Shown one piece after another: positions 60,898 to 64,000 of a stretch of DNA of 64,000 nucleotides. A model generated the notes under the pieces. It was not told the origin of the DNA. It did no database searches and worked only from the letters and a program-made list of their open reading frames with translations. Where the stretch lies: NCBI GenBank assembly GCA_965198225.1, contig CBDAOY010000006.1:1-64000 (forward strand). Reading direction: 5' to 3'. Both the position numbers and the translations under genes were made by a program. Each line of letters starts with the position of its first letter. Within the stretch, counting starts at the first letter, position 1. The stretch comes from Terriglobia bacterium. GTDB taxonomy: Bacteria > Acidobacteriota > Terriglobia > 20CM-2-55-15.

Positions 60898-62250
60898 TAG
60901 TCGGGCAGGGCACCGACGATTTCGTTTCGCGCGTCCTGAAGGAAAAGAAGAGCGATGAAGATCCCTTCCGATACAGCCGAACTCTCGTCGATCAGGTCCT
61001 GAGGGACGGCGTCGCTGTCTTGAGTAACACCATCGGTGTCGACGATGCCGTGGATTCCAGCGAGAGCCTGATCGCTTCGAGAGCGACGTCCGTGCTGTGC
61101 GTCCCGCTGATCGACTTCGGCAGGAAGCTTGGTGTGATTTATCTCGTCAGCACCCATGCCGCGACGCGGTTCGACGAAGACCATCTCCATCTGTTGACCG
61201 GCATTGCAGGCGTCGCCGCCGTCGCGCTCGAACACGCCAGACACGTCGACTGGCTGGAGAGTGAGAACCAGCGGCTCAGGGACGAGATCGGCATCGACCA
61301 CGACATGATCGGTGACGCCGAGCGGATGCATGAGGTTTACGAGTTCATCCGGAAGGTCGCGCCCAGCGACGCGACGGTCCTGATATGCGGCGAGAGCGGC
61401 ACGGGCAAGGAGTTGGTCGCCAGAGCCGTGCATTCCAACAGCGACCGGGCGGACAAACCGTTCGTCGCGATCAACTGCGGCGCCCTGGTCGAGGGAGTCG
61501 TCGAGAGCGAGCTGTTCGGACACGAGCCGGGGGCCTTCACCGACGCCCGAAAGCTCAAGAAAGGGAAGATCGAGGTCGCTGACGGCGGCACGCTGTTTCT
61601 CGACGAGATCGGTGAGCTCAGTCCGAAGGTTCAGACGAGGTTGCTGCGCGTGCTCCAGGAACGGGAGTTCGAACGGGTCGGCGGCACACGGCCGATCGGC
61701 GTCGACGTGCGCGTCGTCGCCGCGACGAACCGCGACCTGGAGGAAGGTATCAAATCGGGAACCTTCCGGCAGGACCTCTACTTCAGGGTCAACGTTGTCA
61801 CGCAGAGGCTACCTGCGCTGCGGGAGCACCGGGAGGACATACCGGCGCTTGCTCGCCATTTCGTCTCGAAGCACGGGCGGAAGTCGGGAGCCGAGGTTCC
61901 CCGCATCTCGGTCGAGGCCGAGCAGTTGCTCTCCCGCTATGACTGGCCGGGAAACATCCGGGAGCTGGAGAACGCCATCGAGGGAGCGGTCGTCATGCGG
62001 CAGGGCGAATGGATCCTTCCCGAAGACCTTCCTGAGGCCGTCATCGAACAAAGCGTCGGGCTCGATGCGGAAGCGAACGGGTACCACGAGCAGATCGTGA
62101 CACTCAAGAGGGAGCTCATTATCAACGCCGTCCGGAAGGCGACCGGCAACATCACCGCGGCAGCCGAGGCCCTGGGACTCCACCCGAACTACCTGCACCG
62201 GCTCATCCGGAACCTGGATTTGAGATCGGAGATAAAGAAAAGTCAGTAAC

Positions 62251-62320
62251 GTGTAGGTGCGGTCTATGACCGCACGTTGTTCCAGATCGTGGGATGTGCG
62301 CTCATAGAGCGCCCCTACAC
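62251..62320. repeat. REPIN between convergent genes
   Basis: Same doublet. Confidence 0.9.
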
Positions 62321-62333
62321 TCAAGCGCTGTTC

Positions 62334-64000
62334 TCAAGAAGCCTTGATCTCCAGCTTCAACCGGTCTACCAGATCGGCGTAGCGCTGATCGGTTCGCACG
62401 ACTTCTTTCAGATGCGGGACTGTCGTCAGCTGGCACAGGACACAGGAGCGTTCGTTGTAGGCGTTCTCGAGGTACTTGAAAGCCGTGTCCCGCTCGCCGA
62501 GTCCCAGGTAAATCAGCGAGATCAGGAACGGGTCGACGAATTCCTCCTTCGAGCGCTCCAGCAGCGAGGCGAGCACCTCCCTGGCCTCGTTCTTGCGGTT
62601 CGCCAGGCAGTAGGTGACGCCGAGCACTGCCCGAAAGAAGCGGCCACCTTCCGACACCTCGACCGCTTTCTTCAAGGCAGCGATCGCTTCCTCATGCAGT
62701 CCCTTCTCCGAAGAGCTGCAGCCCCGAATCCACAACGCCATCAGGCAGTCGGGTTCGATTTCGAGGACCCGTTCGCAGTCCCTCAAGGCCCGGTCATAGT
62801 TGCCCATGTAGTAGTAGGCGATCGCTGAAAGCGAATTGACCATCACCGATAGCGGATCCTGCTGCAAGGCCAGTTCCACTTGGCTTCGCGCTTCTTCGAA
62901 CCGATTCAAGTAGACGAGCAGTATCGAGTAGTAGCCTCGGGCGAGGGCGTACCCCCGATCCAGCTCGATGGTCCGCTGGAACTCGCGCTCGGCCCCGGCC
63001 CAGTCCCAGTCGAAGTACTGCTTGATCAACGCTTGCGACGTGCGGGCTTCGACCAGCTCGGCGTCTACGGCCAACGCCTTCATGACCGCTGTTTCTGCCT
63101 TGGCACGTGCCACCCTGGGCGGCAGGTGCGAATAGATTCCGAGCACGGTATAAGAGTCTGCGAGGCCTGTCTGTGCCAGCGCAAAAACAGGGTCCAGTTC
63201 GGCGGCCTGTTCAAAATACCGGATCGCCCTCTTGAGGAGCCCTCGGCTTCGCCTGTTCCAGAAGTAGCGCCCTTTGAGGTAGGCGTTGTAAGCATCAGGG
63301 TTGTCGGTGTACCGCCGGACGATCGGTGCGTCGGACGCGTCGCGGAGAGTCACCTGGAGCTTGTCGACGATCGCCTGCGTGATCTCGTCGTAGATGACGA
63401 AAACGTCTTCCATTTCGCGTTCGTACTTGTGAGCCCACAGGTGGTACCCGTCGGCAACGTCGACGAGCTGAACGGTTACCCGCAGGCGGTTACCGGCCTT
63501 CCGGACGCTCCCTTCGAGGACGCTTTCCACGCCCAACTGGCGGCCGATCTCGCGAATGTCGACGCCCTTGCCCTTGAACGTGAAAGCGGACGTACGCGAA
63601 GCGACGGACAGGCCATCCACCCTTGCGAGGGCATTGATCATCTCTTCGGCAAGCCCGTCGCAGAAGTACTCCTGATCCCTGTTGGGGCTCATATCGGTGA
63701 AGGCAAGCACGGCAACCGAACGTTGCGACCCTCCTGTTCCGGCAGCGGACCGAAAAGAGGAGCGACTGTATTCAGTCTGACTGCGGGCTCGTTCGAGGGC
63801 CGACCTCGCGTCGGCTGCCGTCTGAGGGCGCAAGGCCGGTGACTTTTCGAGAAGCTCACTGATAACCCGGTCGAGTTGGGGTCCGATGCGAGGGTTCAGC
63901 TGAATCCCAGGCGTGGGTTTCTTATGGATGATCGCTTCGCAAATGGCCGCCGCGTTGGCTCCCCCGAACGCGGGGCGGTCGGTCGTCATCTCGTAGAGGA
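62334..64000 (-). CDS. Ser/Thr kinase with TolB-N-like and TPR domains, 3' part (5' end beyond the window)
   Basis: Kinase tail LYEMTTDRPAF...LEKSPALRPQ; SVAVLAFTDMSPNRDQEYFCDGLAEEMINAL; AYNAYLKGRYFW; TPR repeats. Confidence 0.88.
   Translation of the reverse strand, partial: LYEMTTDRPAFGGANAAAICEAIIHKKPTPGIQLNPRIGPQLDRVISELLEKSPALRPQTAADARSALERARSQTEYSRSSFRSAAGTGGSQRSVAVLAFTDMSPNRDQEYFCDGLAEEMINALARVDGLSVASRTSAFTFKGKGVDIREIGRQLGVESVLEGSVRKAGNRLRVTVQLVDVADGYHLWAHKYEREMEDVFVIYDEITQAIVDKLQVTLRDASDAPIVRRYTDNPDAYNAYLKGRYFWNRRSRGLLKRAIRYFEQAAELDPVFALAQTGLADSYTVLGIYSHLPPRVARAKAETAVMKALAVDAELVEARTSQALIKQYFDWDWAGAEREFQRTIELDRGYALARGYYSILLVYLNRFEEARSQVELALQQDPLSVMVNSLSAIAYYYMGNYDRALRDCERVLEIEPDCLMALWIRGCSSSEKGLHEEAIAALKKAVEVSEGGRFFRAVLGVTYCLANRKNEAREVLASLLERSKEEFVDPFLISLIYLGLGERDTAFKYLENAYNERSCVLCQLTTVPHLKEVVRTDQRYADLVDRLKLEIKAS

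Larger units (their letters stand above)
59529..62249 (+). pseudogene. FHA-GAF-AAA+-HTH sigma54-dependent activator disrupted by an IS5 element
   Basis: FHA IGRD...SQRH...DSGSLNGTFVNG; GAF SVLCVPL; [30 protein letters not shown]; Fis-type HTH. Removing the IS restores ...ILLVGQG... in frame. Confidence 0.92.

Overview
GC-rich bacterial DNA; the gene content (Oar-type TonB-dependent receptor, TIGR02999-type ECF sigma factor, many Hanks kinases with TolB/PD40 propellers) suggests an Acidobacteriota-like host (inference). The window holds 11 Ser/Thr kinase genes. Eight form a co-oriented 20-kb tandem array (30007-50363) with highly similar kinase domains and divergent TM plus beta-propeller regions. 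Five of the eight start exactly 11 nt after a GTAG-type REP doublet (REPIN). Kinase clade, sensor type and REPIN flank are reassorted across the copies, one intact copy has HRD->HRN, and two copies have internal deletions. This looks like a recombination-diversified receptor-kinase repertoire; candidate outputs nearby are an ECF43-type sigma factor and an FHA-GAF sigma54 activator (IS5-disrupted). Also present: a group II intron whose removal restores a TonB-dependent receptor in frame (EBS1-IBS1 match visible), an IS21 element, a toxin-antitoxin/RtcB cluster, secreted PH-like proteins, a TatT/TatP/DctQM transporter operon and 16 REPIN units. Several 1-nt frameshifts lie in short homopolymers and are probably sequencing errors. 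All calls come from motif reading only; no searches were run.
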